The notes under the pieces are model-generated. The model did not search any database, was not told the origin of the DNA, and saw only the letters and a program-made list of their open reading frames with translations. 64,000 nt of DNA, taken from positions 17,071 through 81,070 of the forward strand of contig ONTZ01000013.1 of NCBI GenBank assembly GCA_900320905.1, given 5' to 3'. Below are positions 11,340 through 21,928 of this stretch, piece by piece. Source of the stretch: an uncultured Prevotella sp. (GTDB lineage: Bacteria; Bacteroidota; Bacteroidia; Bacteroidales; Bacteroidaceae). The stretch's first letter is position 1; every line of letters starts with the position of its first letter. The position numbers and the translations under genes are program-made.

Positions 11340-11371
11340 TTTGCAAGATTTCGGAAATATGTCTATATTTG
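11340..11371 (+). promoter_or_regulatory. Proximal promoter P2 of the surface lipoprotein operon
   Basis: TTTG at 11340 and TATATTTG at 11364, 20-nt spacer. Confidence 0.7.
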
Positions 11372-11496
11372 CACCAAAAATGTAACTCCGCGCAGGAGAA
11401 ATTGTGCCCTGTTAATGGGATAATGCGTAGATTTGAGAGAAAATAGAAAGAAGTATAACATCTTAATTTTTTTATTAATTTAAATTTTTTAATCGT

Positions 11497-14400
11497 ATGA
11501 AAAAAAGAATTTTTGGTATGCTGCTGATGGGAGCAATGGTCGTTGCTTCTGTTAGTATGTTTACGTCTTGTAAGGACTACGATGACGACATCAACAAACT
11601 TCAGAAGGAGATTGATGCCATCACCGCTCAGAACTTACAGACACAGCTGACAACTCTGCAGAGCGCTCTTGCTACTGCGCAGAGCACTGCTGATGCTGCT
11701 AAGTCTGCTGCCGCTGAGGCTGAGGCCGCTGCAAAGAAGGCTCAGGAGACTGGTGACGCTGCTGCTAAGGACGCTACTGATGCTGCTGCCGTTGCAGTTG
11801 CTACGGCTGCTGCTGCTAGTCAGGACGTCGAAGACCTTCAGAAGGCCATTGCCGATGTGCAGGCTCTTCTTGACGGAAAGGTTTCAAAGGATGATCTTTC
11901 TGCAGCCATTACAGAGGTAGAGAAGAAAATCGTTGCTATCAACGAGAATCTTCTGACTCTTGATGACGTTAAGAAACTCCTTGAGGACGAAGGCTTTGCT
12001 TCTGCCGCTGTCGTGAAGGATATCGAGTCTCAGATTGAGGCTCTTAAGACTTTCCAGCAGCAGGTTGAGGCTCTGAAACTCGATGCAAGTTGGAAGAAGA
12101 AGGTTGACGATGCTGTTGCCTCTCTGACTCAGATTAAGAAGGATATCGCTGCTAAGGCTGACCAGACTACCGTTGATCAACTGAAGAAGAGCGTTGACGC
12201 TGCTGTTGCCGCTATGGGTAAGGTTGATTCTTTCGCTGGTTCTATCAATAGTCTGAACGTCTTCGCAAAGCGCAATCTGAGAAGCATTAACCTCAGCCCC
12301 GCCAAGTTCTATGGTGGTATTGAGGCTATTGATATCTTCGCTTTCACTCCAAAGGAGGAGAAGATGAACGACAAGTGGCACTTCTTCAAGAGAGGTAGCA
12401 ACGTTACACTGTCAGAGATTGGCTATGCTGACTATCACATCAGCCCGAAGAGTGTTGATTTGACCAACTTCGCTGTGAATTTCTTCACAAGGTCTTCTGA
12501 CATCATCGAGCCTGCTACAACTGAGAAGACTCGTGCCGTCACGAACACAAACCGTCTGAAGCCAGTTTATACAAATACCGACGATCTGATTAAGAATAAG
12601 AACTGGAATGCCGGTACTGGTATCCTGACTGTTCCTTATAAAGTTGATAATGCAGTTTCTATTGCTAACGAGTTGAAGGCTGGTAAGGGTACAATTGCTG
12701 CTCTCCAGTTGTCTAAGGATAGCACCGTTACTTCTGACTATGCTCTGGTTGTTCCCACAATCTCTGAGTTGCTCCTTATCACCGATAAGTCTTTCGCAAG
12801 CAAGAATACAGGTACAACATGGAATGACGTTCCTGGTCTGAATAATACTGCAGTTAACAACTATCACCTGCATCGTAACTTCAGTTATCTGGCTATTTCT
12901 AAGACAACGGCTACTCACGAGATTGTCTTTAACGGAAGTTTCAATATCAGTCAGGTTCTCGGTGTTCATGCCATTGATCCTGCTATCGTGACAACCACCG
13001 CTGCCAAGGCTGAGAAGAATATCAAGGATACAGCAGAAATCGCTCTTCCTGAAAGAGCAACTGCTAAGCGTTACAACTACGATCCTGCTTATGACAGTGA
13101 TGCTACTCTGTTGAAGAAGTATTGCACAGACTTAGATGCTGCTAAACTGAAGGAACTTGGTCTGTACTTCGATGTACATCGTGTAGGTTACTCTTTGGGT
13201 ACAACCTTGACAGAGGAGTCTAACCACATTGAGGTTCTGACCAATGATAAGGGTGAGTTCATCGCTTATCCTCGTAACATCAGTGCTGAGGATGGTTCTA
13301 CCATTGAGGGTAAGACTGCTAATGCTTCTGCTGTAGGTCGTATGCCTATCGTTTGTATCGAGTTGAAGTATCAGAAGGGTGACAAGCCTGCTGCTACCGA
13401 CCCGACCGTTACCTTCGCTTACATGAAGTTCTTGATTGTGAAGGCTCAGCAACAGGATCCTGAGGCTGTAACTGCTGAGTTCAAGGTTTCTGACGTTTGG
13501 GCTGACTGCGGTGATGCTTCTGGTGAAGTAGCATGGTATCAGATTGAGGGTAAGGTTTATGACGAACTCTTGCACATTGACAAGAAGACCTTCGATAATC
13601 GCTATGTATTCGACTTCTATCTTGAAGAGACTGTAGCAAACGAAACCGATAAGACACAGTCTAAGGACAAGCGTTATGGCTATCGTTTCAAGAAGAATGG
13701 TAAGGCTTATGTGCACGACAAAGACTCTATCGGTCAGGTTGTTGAGGAATGGAACCTCTCTGCACAGGGTAAGGAAGACGCTACAACTCACATCATCAAG
13801 TGGTACTTCACCACAGCCGACTACATTAAGGTTTACAAGGATCTGAAGGCTCGTGGCAAACTGAAGTATGACTGGGAGAAGGGTCAGATGACCAATACCG
13901 AGGAGATTGTGACCTATGTACGCTATGCTTACAAGTCATCTTATCATAAGGGCAACATGAATGTTACCGACGGTGATCCCGCTGTTTACATCCAGTTGAC
14001 AATTCCTGTAGGTGCATTCCACTGGGCTCTTGGTTCACTGGGTGGCACAAAGACTCTGACCTACTGGTATGAACTCAATTCATCTACGAATGCTCCTGAT
14101 AAGTCTACTGCTCGTGAAGTACGTGTGAACGTTCCTGTTCCTGTGCCCGATGCAAAGACGACAACTACTACTCTGAGCGCACTGAACTGCCCATGGGGTG
14201 AGGCTCTGCAGATTAAGAACGACAACCTGCTCGAGCGCACTGAGTTCCTGAAGGATCTGCACGACTACTTCCGCAATGGTAAGTTGGAGGCTGCTGTTAC
14301 TGATAAGAGTCACTTCAAGAAGTTGGCACAGGCCAACATTACTCCAGAGTTCTCATTCACTCTGCCTAGCAAGTCTCTTGGTAATGCTACATTCGACGCT

Positions 14401-15279
14401 AAGAATGGCCAGTGGACTGTTAAGGGTATTTCTGGTAAGTCCTATACTCTGAAACTGAATGCTGCAAAGAACCAGATTCTGATTGTTGGTTCACCTGATG
14501 AGATTCTCTGCAGTCTGACAGACGATGATAACGCTATCCAGAGTGTGATTAAGTACCACGAGGGTGTGAAGCAGGATGATATTCTGAACTACAAGACTCA
14601 CAATGAACTTGGTGAACTCGAGACCTTCACGGCTTACATCATGATTGATACGCCTGACGCTTGTGCTCCTATTGAGTTCGACGATATGTGGTTCAACGTA
14701 CGCTTCCTCCGTCCGCTCGACCTGATTGCTCCTAAGGGTGACGTTCTGCCTGATGCTCCAAACGACTGGCAGTATATTGACCTGGCTGAGTATGCTAGAA
14801 TCCGCGACTGGCGTGATTACTATGCAGATCCTCAGAACCGTATTGGTGGTGATGACAAGACCGTTGCTGGTTACAAGGTTGACTTCAAGTACTATCAGGT
14901 TGGTCTGAATACTGATGAGAATCTGTTCCTCACCGACGCTGGTCTCGGTACTAATGAGCGTGATCCGTACATCACTAAGGCCGACATTGACAAGATGAAG
15001 GACATCAATACGGATGCTGCTTACAAGGCTAAACTCTGGAAGACTGCTGAGGTTAACGGACTCCTTGTCCAGAAGACCGACAAGAAGGGTGGCGATCAAG
15101 TTCCTAACTCTACGAAGTCTACATGGATCCGTTACAAGAACAACTCTGGTGTAACTGGTGGCTTCCACATCTATCTGCCGATCCAGATGACTTACGTCTT
15201 CGGTAACTATCCACAGACCACTCAGACAACGTTTGTGACCTTGGCTATCTCGAAGTCTGTAAACCAGGATCAGGAATAA
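11497..15279 (+). CDS. Large cell-surface lipoprotein (DUF4988-like N-terminus, Ala-rich coiled coil, beta-rich body)
   Basis: Lipobox FTSC followed by KDYDDDI; coiled coil; KTRA motif; strong GCT/ACT/GGT/AAG codon bias. Confidence 0.8.
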   Translation: MKKRIFGMLLMGAMVVASVSMFTSCKDYDDDINKLQKEIDAITAQNLQTQLTTLQSALATAQSTADAAKSAAAEAEAAAKKAQETGDAAAKDATDAAAVAVATAAAASQDVEDLQKAIADVQALLDGKVSKDDLSAAITEVEKKIVAINENLLTLDDVKKLLEDEGFASAAVVKDIESQIEALKTFQQQVEALKLDASWKKKVDDAVASLTQIKKDIAAKADQTTVDQLKKSVDAAVAAMGKVDSFAGSINSLNVFAKRNLRSINLSPAKFYGGIEAIDIFAFTPKEEKMNDKWHFFKRGSNVTLSEIGYADYHISPKSVDLTNFAVNFFTRSSDIIEPATTEKTRAVTNTNRLKPVYTNTDDLIKNKNWNAGTGILTVPYKVDNAVSIANELKAGKGTIAALQLSKDSTVTSDYALVVPTISELLLITDKSFASKNTGTTWNDVPGLNNTAVNNYHLHRNFSYLAISKTTATHEIVFNGSFNISQVLGVHAIDPAIVTTTAAKAEKNIKDTAEIALPERATAKRYNYDPAYDSDATLLKKYCTDLDAAKLKELGLYFDVHRVGYSLGTTLTEESNHIEVLTNDKGEFIAYPRNISAEDGSTIEGKTANASAVGRMPIVCIELKYQKGDKPAATDPTVTFAYMKFLIVKAQQQDPEAVTAEFKVSDVWADCGDASGEVAWYQIEGKVYDELLHIDKKTFDNRYVFDFYLEETVANETDKTQSKDKRYGYRFKKNGKAYVHDKDSIGQVVEEWNLSAQGKEDATTHIIKWYFTTADYIKVYKDLKARGKLKYDWEKGQMTNTEEIVTYVRYAYKSSYHKGNMNVTDGDPAVYIQLTIPVGAFHWALGSLGGTKTLTYWYELNSSTNAPDKSTAREVRVNVPVPVPDAKTTTTTLSALNCPWGEALQIKNDNLLERTEFLKDLHDYFRNGKLEAAVTDKSHFKKLAQANITPEFSFTLPSKSLGNATFDAKNGQWTVKGISGKSYTLKLNAAKNQILIVGSPDEILCSLTDDDNAIQSVIKYHEGVKQDDILNYKTHNELGELETFTAYIMIDTPDACAPIEFDDMWFNVRFLRPLDLIAPKGDVLPDAPNDWQYIDLAEYARIRDWRDYYADPQNRIGGDDKTVAGYKVDFKYYQVGLNTDENLFLTDAGLGTNERDPYITKADIDKMKDINTDAAYKAKLWKTAEVNGLLVQKTDKKGGDQVPNSTKSTWIRYKNNSGVTGGFHIYLPIQMTYVFGNYPQTTQTTFVTLAISKSVNQDQE

Positions 15280-15315
15280 AAAATAGTAAAATCAAACTAT
15301 TTGAATAATCTTCAA

Positions 15316-15345
15316 GGGGGTGTCTCTCGTCAGGCACCCCTTTTT
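15316..15345 (+). terminator. Intra-operon intrinsic terminator
   Basis: GGGGTGTCT/AGGCACCCC stem followed by T5. Confidence 0.75.
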
Positions 15346-15364
15346 CTCTAAGAACAAATTGATT

Positions 15365-15865
15365 ATGTTTAGGAAATCATATATTGTTATTATGGCGGTT
15401 CTGATGTTATCTGTTGCCGCTTGTACCGACAAACCCAAGCAGACGGAAGGTGAGCCTGTCCCAGTCTTTATAGAGATGACCAACCAAGATACCACGGAGG
15501 TATTGAACCTCGTCAACCAGTATCTCGGCTACCTGACCGATGGTCGTACGGATGAGGCTCTTGGTATGATTAAGGTTTTGGATGGCGATTCCATTAAGGA
15601 TGTACCTGAAGATTTGTTGAAGAAACAGCGGAACAGTATCAAGATGCTACATCCTATCCGTTATGAGATTGAGTCTTATATCTTCCATTTCGAAAACGAC
15701 TGTGAGGTGAAGTATAAGGGCATCCTCTTTGACAAGGCTGATGATGATCCGACCCCCAATACCGTGTCGTATATGATCAAGCCTGTCAGACTCAACCATA
15801 CCTGGTATCTGACTCTGGCTGATTCACAGGATGTCAATACAATTAACTCAGATATAGAGAATTAA
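15365..15865 (+). CDS. Hypothetical lipoprotein
   Basis: Lipobox VAAC; ATG at 15365; stop overlaps the next start. Confidence 0.75.
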   Translation: MFRKSYIVIMAVLMLSVAACTDKPKQTEGEPVPVFIEMTNQDTTEVLNLVNQYLGYLTDGRTDEALGMIKVLDGDSIKDVPEDLLKKQRNSIKMLHPIRYEIESYIFHFENDCEVKYKGILFDKADDDPTPNTVSYMIKPVRLNHTWYLTLADSQDVNTINSDIEN

Positions 15866-17037
15866 TGATGAAAACAGTTAAGACTTTACTGGCTGTGATG
15901 CTGCTGTCTTTCAGCGCAACAGCCATGGCTCAGGCAACCTATGAGGCTGCCGACGGCACGCAATATGAGTTCCAGAAGCACGCCTTCGTGAATGTGGAGG
16001 CCGGTGCTCAGTACACGCTCGGCGAGGCTAAGTTCAAGGACTTGCTTTCTCCCAACGTCCAGTTGGGCCTTGGCTATCAGTTCAGCCCCGTTTTCGCTGC
16101 CCGTATCCAGGCCAATGCCTATCAGAGCAAGGGTGGCTGGAACGGTTTCCGCACCGCTATTGGCTCAGAGCCTTATACCAACGACTACAAGTTCAAGTAC
16201 GTGGCTCCTGGTGTTGACCTGATGTTCAACCTGAGCAACCTGCTCTGCGGCTGGAATCCCAACCGTGTGTTCAACCTGACGGCTTTCGTCGGTGGCGGAG
16301 CCAACATCGCTTTCTCCAACGGCGAGGCGAATAGCATTGCCAATACGCTCATGAGCCTTGATGCCTATAACCTTGACTATGTCTGGGATGGCACGAAGGT
16401 TCGTCTGTTCGGACGCGGTGGTCTTGAGGCTGCCTTCCGCCTGAGCGAGGCTGTTGCCCTCACCCTTGAGGGAAATGCGAATATCCTTAGCGATAAGTAC
16501 AACTCGAAGAACCATAGCGGTGGCAAGATGAAGGCCGACTGGTATTTCAACGGCCTTGTCGGTCTGAGGATCAACCTCGGCAAGACCTACAGCAAGGTCC
16601 TGCCTCCGCCTCCTGCACCGGCTCCCGCCCCGGAGCCGCAGCCCGAGCCGCAGCCTGTTGTCCGGACCGCTCCTGTTCCCGCCCCTGCTGCCGCAGCAGT
16701 CGTCGAGACTGTTGAGCCGCTCCGCCGCGACATCTTCTTCCTGATCAACAAGACCAACATCCGTCCTGAGGAGGCTCAGAAGGTAAGGGATATCGCTGAC
16801 TATATGCAGAAGTACCCCAATGCCAAGGTTGTGATAACAGGATATGCTGATGCCGGTACGGGTAACGACAAGATCAACGACCGTCTGGCCGCAGGTCGTG
16901 CCGACAGTGTTGTGAAGTCACTCGTGAATGACTATGGCATTGCCCAGAGCCGTATCAGTTACGACTCGAAGGGTAGCCGTGTGCAGCCGTTCGCTGAGAA
17001 TGACATGAACCGTGTGACTATCTGTATCGCTGAATAA
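15865..17037 (+). CDS. OmpA family protein
   Basis: Signal peptide, beta-barrel, Pro-rich linker and OmpA_C domain (ITGYADAGTG...NDRLAAGRA, NRVTI). Confidence 0.93.
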   Translation: MMKTVKTLLAVMLLSFSATAMAQATYEAADGTQYEFQKHAFVNVEAGAQYTLGEAKFKDLLSPNVQLGLGYQFSPVFAARIQANAYQSKGGWNGFRTAIGSEPYTNDYKFKYVAPGVDLMFNLSNLLCGWNPNRVFNLTAFVGGGANIAFSNGEANSIANTLMSLDAYNLDYVWDGTKVRLFGRGGLEAAFRLSEAVALTLEGNANILSDKYNSKNHSGGKMKADWYFNGLVGLRINLGKTYSKVLPPPPAPAPAPEPQPEPQPVVRTAPVPAPAAAAVVETVEPLRRDIFFLINKTNIRPEEAQKVRDIADYMQKYPNAKVVITGYADAGTGNDKINDRLAAGRADSVVKSLVNDYGIAQSRISYDSKGSRVQPFAENDMNRVTICIAE

Positions 17038-17041
17038 GGTT

Positions 17042-17452
17042 ATGAGAAACTGTTTATTGGCACTTCTGGCCGTGCTTTGTCTCGCCTCATGTAAGCCAAA
17101 AAGACAGGTAAACGTACAGCAAGGACCTGCTATCATTGAATTCGACAATGACGAGCGCTCCTATGACTTTGGTACGGTATCCAGGCAACAGGGCAGTGTC
17201 AGCCATGATTTCGTATTTGTTAACAAAGGCAGTGAGCCTTTCGTTATTCACAATACAGAATCCAGTTGCGGCTGCCTTGAGGCAAAATACAAGAAATCGC
17301 CTGTCCGTTCAGGCCGGGAATCTCGCATTACACTCGTGCTGGATCTTAATGAAGTACCGGAGGGTTATGTGAAGCGTTCTGTATATGTCAACAACAACTC
17401 CCAGAACCGGCCGAATGTGCGATTGGTTTTGGAAGGTATGGTAGAAAAATAG
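17042..17452 (+). CDS. DUF1573-like Ig-fold lipoprotein
   Basis: Lipobox LASC; YDFG...F.FVNKG...SSCGC motif. Confidence 0.8.
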   Translation: MRNCLLALLAVLCLASCKPKRQVNVQQGPAIIEFDNDERSYDFGTVSRQQGSVSHDFVFVNKGSEPFVIHNTESSCGCLEAKYKKSPVRSGRESRITLVLDLNEVPEGYVKRSVYVNNNSQNRPNVRLVLEGMVEK

Positions 17453-17487
17453 CAACACTGGCACGGCATTTCGCCGTGCCAGTATTG
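17453..17487. terminator. Hairpin between convergent genes
   Basis: CAACACTGGCACGGC/GCCGTGCCAGTATTG stem. Confidence 0.75.
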
Positions 17488-17542
17488 TTATCGCTTTCAT
17501 TCGTTTGCCTATATGCAAACGATTGTACGCCAATTGGCGATT

Positions 17543-18514
17543 TTAGAATGTTTCTTGAATCTCCTTCAGGGTGAGTCCTGTAAATTTTGCAATCTGAGAG
17601 TCATCCAGGCCATTTGCCTTCATTATCCTTACAACTTCTGCTTTACCTTCTGCACGACCCTCAGCACGACCCTCAGCCCGACCCTCAGCCCGGCCCTCAG
17701 CCCGACCCTCAGCCCGGCCTTCTGCACGACCTTCTGCCCGACCTTCTGCTCGACCTTCTGCCCGGCCCTCGGCAAGTCCTTCCAGTTTGGCCGTATTCAG
17801 AACATCGTTCTGCACCATCACGGCACTTACATGACGGTCGTACGCCCTACGGTCGCTATCGTTCATCGACAGATAGCGTAACTTCTCACGAGCCTCCATC
17901 AGGCCAGGAGCCGTCGTGTCGTCCTTGATATGTCCGTTCTTTAAATAGTCAAGCCATTCCTCAAGCGGTGTCCTTGCCACGTCGTTGAACTCATTGACAC
18001 GGATAATGAAATATTCCGGGAATATCTCTGGCGGAGTCTTCATCCTGATAGTATCCTTCTCCTTCTGGGTGATCGTCAGGGTGTCCTTGGTATGAATCCC
18101 GGTGAATACGGTCTGCCCGTGATAGACATAATCGGAACCCTTACCCATATCGAAGTAGATGATGCTGATGGAGTAGACCTTTTTCACCTGATCGTAACGG
18201 CTGCCTAATTTGATGTGCTCCGTGATTGCCTTGGCCGTGCCGTAGAGGATACGCTCCAGATAATGGAGTTCGCGGCTCAACTGAACCTCGACGATGATGA
18301 TGTCACCGCGGCTGTCCTTGGCCTTGATGTCCACACGGTTGAACTTGTCGTCCTCCGTTTCCTGGTTTCCCTCACTCTCCAGAATCTCTACAATCTGGAT
18401 AGGCTCATTAAGCAGAACCGTCACAAATCCCTCAAGTACGGCAAAGTTGGCCTTGTCGCGGAGCAGGCGTTTCACGGCCCAGTCAAAGCGAATATATCTG
18501 TTGTCTATTTCCAT
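17543..18514 (-). CDS. Rpn family recombination-promoting nuclease (PD-(D/E)XK)
   Basis: RFDWAVKRLL and RVDI...IIVEVQ motifs, AEGR repeats, C-terminal IAKFTGL; start MEIDNR lies after a TATATTTG box. Confidence 0.9.
   Translation of the reverse strand: MEIDNRYIRFDWAVKRLLRDKANFAVLEGFVTVLLNEPIQIVEILESEGNQETEDDKFNRVDIKAKDSRGDIIIVEVQLSRELHYLERILYGTAKAITEHIKLGSRYDQVKKVYSISIIYFDMGKGSDYVYHGQTVFTGIHTKDTLTITQKEKDTIRMKTPPEIFPEYFIIRVNEFNDVARTPLEEWLDYLKNGHIKDDTTAPGLMEAREKLRYLSMNDSDRRAYDRHVSAVMVQNDVLNTAKLEGLAEGRAEGRAEGRAEGRAEGRAEGRAEGRAEGRAEGRAEGRAEGKAEVVRIMKANGLDDSQIAKFTGLTLKEIQETF
17641..17772 (-). repeat. 12-bp coding tandem repeat (AEGR)n in rpn
   Basis: About 11 AEG(R/K) units in the translation. 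Confidence 0.9.
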
Positions 18515-18657
18515 ATCACTGCTATTTTTGTGCAAATATACGCATTTATATTGAATCCACAAAGAAATATCCTGTTTTTTACAATTCTGGCATCAAGACT
18601 CTTGTGCGTATTGGCAATTTAAATCTCACTCATATCGTTTCTGGTGTGTAAAAGTCA

Positions 18658-18887
18658 GCCCTGAATCTGGGGCACGTTTATGCACACCGGGCAAAAGTCT
18701 GCCCTGAAACTCAGGCAAGGTTTTCCGACCTCGGGAAAGTCTGCCCTGAATCTGGGGCATGTTTCTACCCCCCGTGCATAAATATGCCCTGAATCTGGGG
18801 CAAGAAAATCCGACCTCGGAAAAGTATGCCCTGAATCTGGGGCACATTTCTACCCCCCAGGCATAGATATGCCCTGAATCTGAGGCA
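18658..18887. repeat. Six-copy palindromic repeat array with alternating 43/42-bp period (REP/BIME-like)
   Basis: GCCCTGAATCTGGGGCA-type units at 18658, 18701, 18743, 18786, 18828 and 18871. Confidence 0.92.
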
Positions 18888-18941
18888 TAAAAAAACGAGT
18901 TTGGAATGGTTTTTTCTGCTTCTTGGTTGATGATATATACT

Positions 18942-19610
18942 TTAATCTTCGATAGGTGGAAGTTCGATCAGTCCGTCGCGGAGATGGATGGTGCGGTCGG
19001 TGATTTGGGCGAGGGCTTCGTCGTGGGTGACAATGACGAAGGTCTGGCCGAACTGGTCGCGCAGATCGAAGAAGAGTTGGTGGAGTTCTGCCTTGTTCTT
19101 GGAGTCGAGGGAGCCAGAGGGCTCGTCGGCGAGGATGACGGCAGGACTGTTGACGAGGGCACGGGCCACGGCTACGCGCTGTTTTTCACCACCGGAGAGT
19201 TCATTGGGCTTATGGGTGGCACGGTCTGCCAGTCCCATGAAGTCGAGCAGTTCCAGGGCGCGCTGTTTGGCGCGTTTCTTGGAGAGTCCTGCGATATAGG
19301 CTGGAATCATGATATTTTCAATCGCCGTGAACTCCGGCAGGAGTTGGTGGAACTGAAACACAAAGCCGAGGTGCTGGTTGCGGAAGTCGCTCAACTTTTT
19401 CGATGAAAGTGTGGTTGTATCGATGCCGTCGACACATACTGTACCGGTGTCGGGACGGTCGAGCGTGCCGATGATCTGCAACAGGGTGGTCTTGCCGGCA
19501 CCCGATGGTCCGACGATACTGACGACCTCACCACGGTCGATATGGAGGTCGATGCCTTTCAACACCTGTAATGTTCCGAAACTTTTCGTTATATTACTAA
19601 TGGTAATCAT
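18942..19610 (-). CDS. ABC transporter ATP-binding protein, LolD-like
   Basis: [33 protein letters not shown] and ADEPSG motifs. Confidence 0.9.
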   Translation of the reverse strand: MITISNITKSFGTLQVLKGIDLHIDRGEVVSIVGPSGAGKTTLLQIIGTLDRPDTGTVCVDGIDTTTLSSKKLSDFRNQHLGFVFQFHQLLPEFTAIENIMIPAYIAGLSKKRAKQRALELLDFMGLADRATHKPNELSGGEKQRVAVARALVNSPAVILADEPSGSLDSKNKAELHQLFFDLRDQFGQTFVIVTHDEALAQITDRTIHLRDGLIELPPIED

Positions 19611-19629
19611 AATTCCTTTTTCCTTATTT

Positions 19630-21774
19630 CTAATTTCTAATTTTCTTGTCCAACCAGCGCAGGATCGTATCATAGATACTCTTTTCCTCATGGTGCTGGG
19701 CCTCGGTGAAACTCATACGGTCTTCCTTCTGGTGGCCATACTGGTCGGGGAAGATAATCATGAGGTTCTTGCCGGAGTAGTATTTCTGGAGTTCATCGGG
19801 CAGACGCTCGATGGCATTCTTGTAGGAGATAGTACCCTTACGGGCCGTGATGACCACGAAGAGATGGTCGTCGGCGATGCTGGTAGCGAGTTGGGGCAGT
19901 TCTTTCCAGTGCCCCATCTGGGTGTATTCAGCGCGGACGTTAGGGTGGCGGTTGTTGATGTATTCGGCAATGAGTACCAACGACTCCTGGCGACCGTGGA
20001 ACTGGATGCGGCAGTCCAACTGTCCGGCCAGTCTACTGAGACGCTCCAACCACCGGTGGAAGCCGGGTTCAAACTCCGCTCTCGACGGTACGCACACCTG
20101 AATGCGGCGCAGGGTGTTGAGCGGCTGGATGAAACGGGTGAGGATAATCTGGCGGTTCAGGCCGTTGTAGAGGCTCTGGATGAACTCGCCCCAGAATTTT
20201 GGACTGATATCGGTGTGGACATGCATGCCCATCACAATTTCCGAACAGGCAAACTCACGGAAGGCGTGCTTGATGCCGTTGGCGATGTTGGAGGCCAAGC
20301 GTACCTGTGTCTGCATCTGTACTTCTGTCGATGAAGCGCGCTGCTGCAGGCTCTCCAACAGTTGGAGTCCCTGCTTGCGTCCTGCCGAGGCGTGTTGGTC
20401 GTCATAGACCACGTTCAGACCCACCAGTTCACGGTTGAGTTTCTGGTTGCGTATCAACAGGGCCAGACTGAGCAGTTGCGGGGCAATATCGGGATATTTC
20501 ACACAGAGCAGGATCTTCTCATCGTCGGCTTTCGGATCCTCAGCCTGCAAGTGATTCTTCTCGTGGATGATAATCTGTTGGGAAGCATGTTCCGTCATCA
20601 GGGTGGAGATGATACAGGTAACCAGAATCATCATCACGACACCGTTGAGCATGTGGTCATCGACCAGGTAGATGCCGGGAGCCACTTCGAGTCGCATGCC
20701 CACCATCACCATGGCGATGGCACCGGCAGCGTGGGCGGAGGTCAGTCCGAACATCATATTACCGTCGCGCTTGGGCAGACGGAACACCAGACTGGAGATA
20801 TAGGCAGCCACCGCCTTGCCGAAGGTGCCGAAGAAGGCAATGAGGAAGACTATCCATAGCACCTCAGCACCAGTGAAGAGGGTGCGCACGTTGATGAGCA
20901 TGCCCACGCCAATCAGGAAGTAGGGAATGAATATCGCATTACCAATGAACTCGATGCGGTTCATCAGGGGGGAGACCTTCGGGATATACCTATTTAATAT
21001 AAGTCCCGCCAGAAACGCGCCGAAGATGCCTTCCAGTTCGATGAGGTTGGAGAGGGCTGCCGATAGGAACATCACGGCCAGCACGAAGATAAACTGCATC
21101 ACGGCATCGCTGTAACGACGCAGGAAAAAGCGGGCCAGTTTAGGGATGAGCCAGACGGAGCCAGTGATGAAGACAATCAGTTTTAGCAGGAATAAAAGTT
21201 GGGCAGTGAGGGGTGAGAGGCGGGAGGACTCGTCTGCGCTGAACGAGGCCGACAGGGCGGCAATCATCACCAGGGCCAGGAAGAGTGAGATCATCGACGA
21301 ACCGACAGAGAGTTGTACCGAGGAATGGCGCTGTAGGCCGTATCGCCCTATGATGGGGTAGGCAATCAGCGTGTTCGAGGCCATGATACAGCCCAAAAGG
21401 AAGGCGGCACTGCCCGAATAGTGCAGCATCGTCCGAGCCATGATGTAAGTCATGATGAGTGGCACGAAACAGGTAAGCAGTCCGAAGATCAGAAACTTGT
21501 TGGAGTTCTTTTTCAGACTTTCCATATCCATCTCCAGTCCGGCGAGGAACATGATATAGTAGAGTCCCACGCTGCCGAGGATCTCGAACGACATGTCACG
21601 CTCCAGGATATTGAAGCCGTAATGCCCCACAGCGACACCTGCCAGCACCATGCCGATGATGTGCGGGATACGCAGTTTACTCATGACGATTGGCGCAAAG
21701 AGAATGATGAGTAGCACCACGAAGAATATCAACGTAGGGTCTGTAATCGGGAGATATGCTGCCATCAGTCTCAT
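19630..21774 (-). CDS. Cation:proton antiporter (CPA2) with C-terminal USP-like domains
   Basis: About 12 TM helices; MFLAGLE and [10 protein letters not shown] motifs; soluble C-terminus. Confidence 0.88.
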   Translation of the reverse strand: MRLMAAYLPITDPTLIFFVVLLIILFAPIVMSKLRIPHIIGMVLAGVAVGHYGFNILERDMSFEILGSVGLYYIMFLAGLEMDMESLKKNSNKFLIFGLLTCFVPLIMTYIMARTMLHYSGSAAFLLGCIMASNTLIAYPIIGRYGLQRHSSVQLSVGSSMISLFLALVMIAALSASFSADESSRLSPLTAQLLFLLKLIVFITGSVWLIPKLARFFLRRYSDAVMQFIFVLAVMFLSAALSNLIELEGIFGAFLAGLILNRYIPKVSPLMNRIEFIGNAIFIPYFLIGVGMLINVRTLFTGAEVLWIVFLIAFFGTFGKAVAAYISSLVFRLPKRDGNMMFGLTSAHAAGAIAMVMVGMRLEVAPGIYLVDDHMLNGVVMMILVTCIISTLMTEHASQQIIIHEKNHLQAEDPKADDEKILLCVKYPDIAPQLLSLALLIRNQKLNRELVGLNVVYDDQHASAGRKQGLQLLESLQQRASSTEVQMQTQVRLASNIANGIKHAFREFACSEIVMGMHVHTDISPKFWGEFIQSLYNGLNRQIILTRFIQPLNTLRRIQVCVPSRAEFEPGFHRWLERLSRLAGQLDCRIQFHGRQESLVLIAEYINNRHPNVRAEYTQMGHWKELPQLATSIADDHLFVVITARKGTISYKNAIERLPDELQKYYSGKNLMIIFPDQYGHQKEDRMSFTEAQHHEEKSIYDTILRWLDKKIRN

Positions 21775-21782
21775 TTCGAGTG

Positions 21783-21893
21783 CAAAGTTACGAATTTTTA
21801 AACACGGATTATATGGATTGTATGGATTTTTTAGTGTTTTTTCTTAAAAAAACGCCTTATAATCTTTATAATCCGTGTTTTTTTGTACCTTTG
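21783..21893. repeat. Divergent-promoter cassette with 75-bp inverted-repeat core, copy 1
   Basis: Core CACGGATT...AATCCGTG at 21803-21877, between outward-facing TAACTTTG and TACCTTTG boxes. Confidence 0.88.
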
Positions 21894-21928
21894 CAGCCAA
21901 ATTGTAACAAATAAAAGGAATTAGGCTT

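Noticed and set aside
11040-11496. Invertible promoter or riboswitch ahead of the surface lipoprotein
   Set aside because: No flanking inverted repeat or recognisable aptamer was found, only small hairpins.
17513-17928. + strand repetitive ORFs (LSPT/PQPD)
   Set aside because: They are antisense shadows of the rpn AEGR repeat.
18626-18847. 73-aa ORF with CPRFRAY repeats
   Set aside because: It is a by-product of the palindromic array, with no promoter or coding signature.
18658-18887. CRISPR array
   Set aside because: The repeat is only about 17 bp, the spacers are related in alternating fashion and there are no cas genes in the window.
19378-20334. Long antisense ORFs here and over asd, ftsH and DUF349
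   Set aside because: They are shadows of well-supported genes caused by codon bias.
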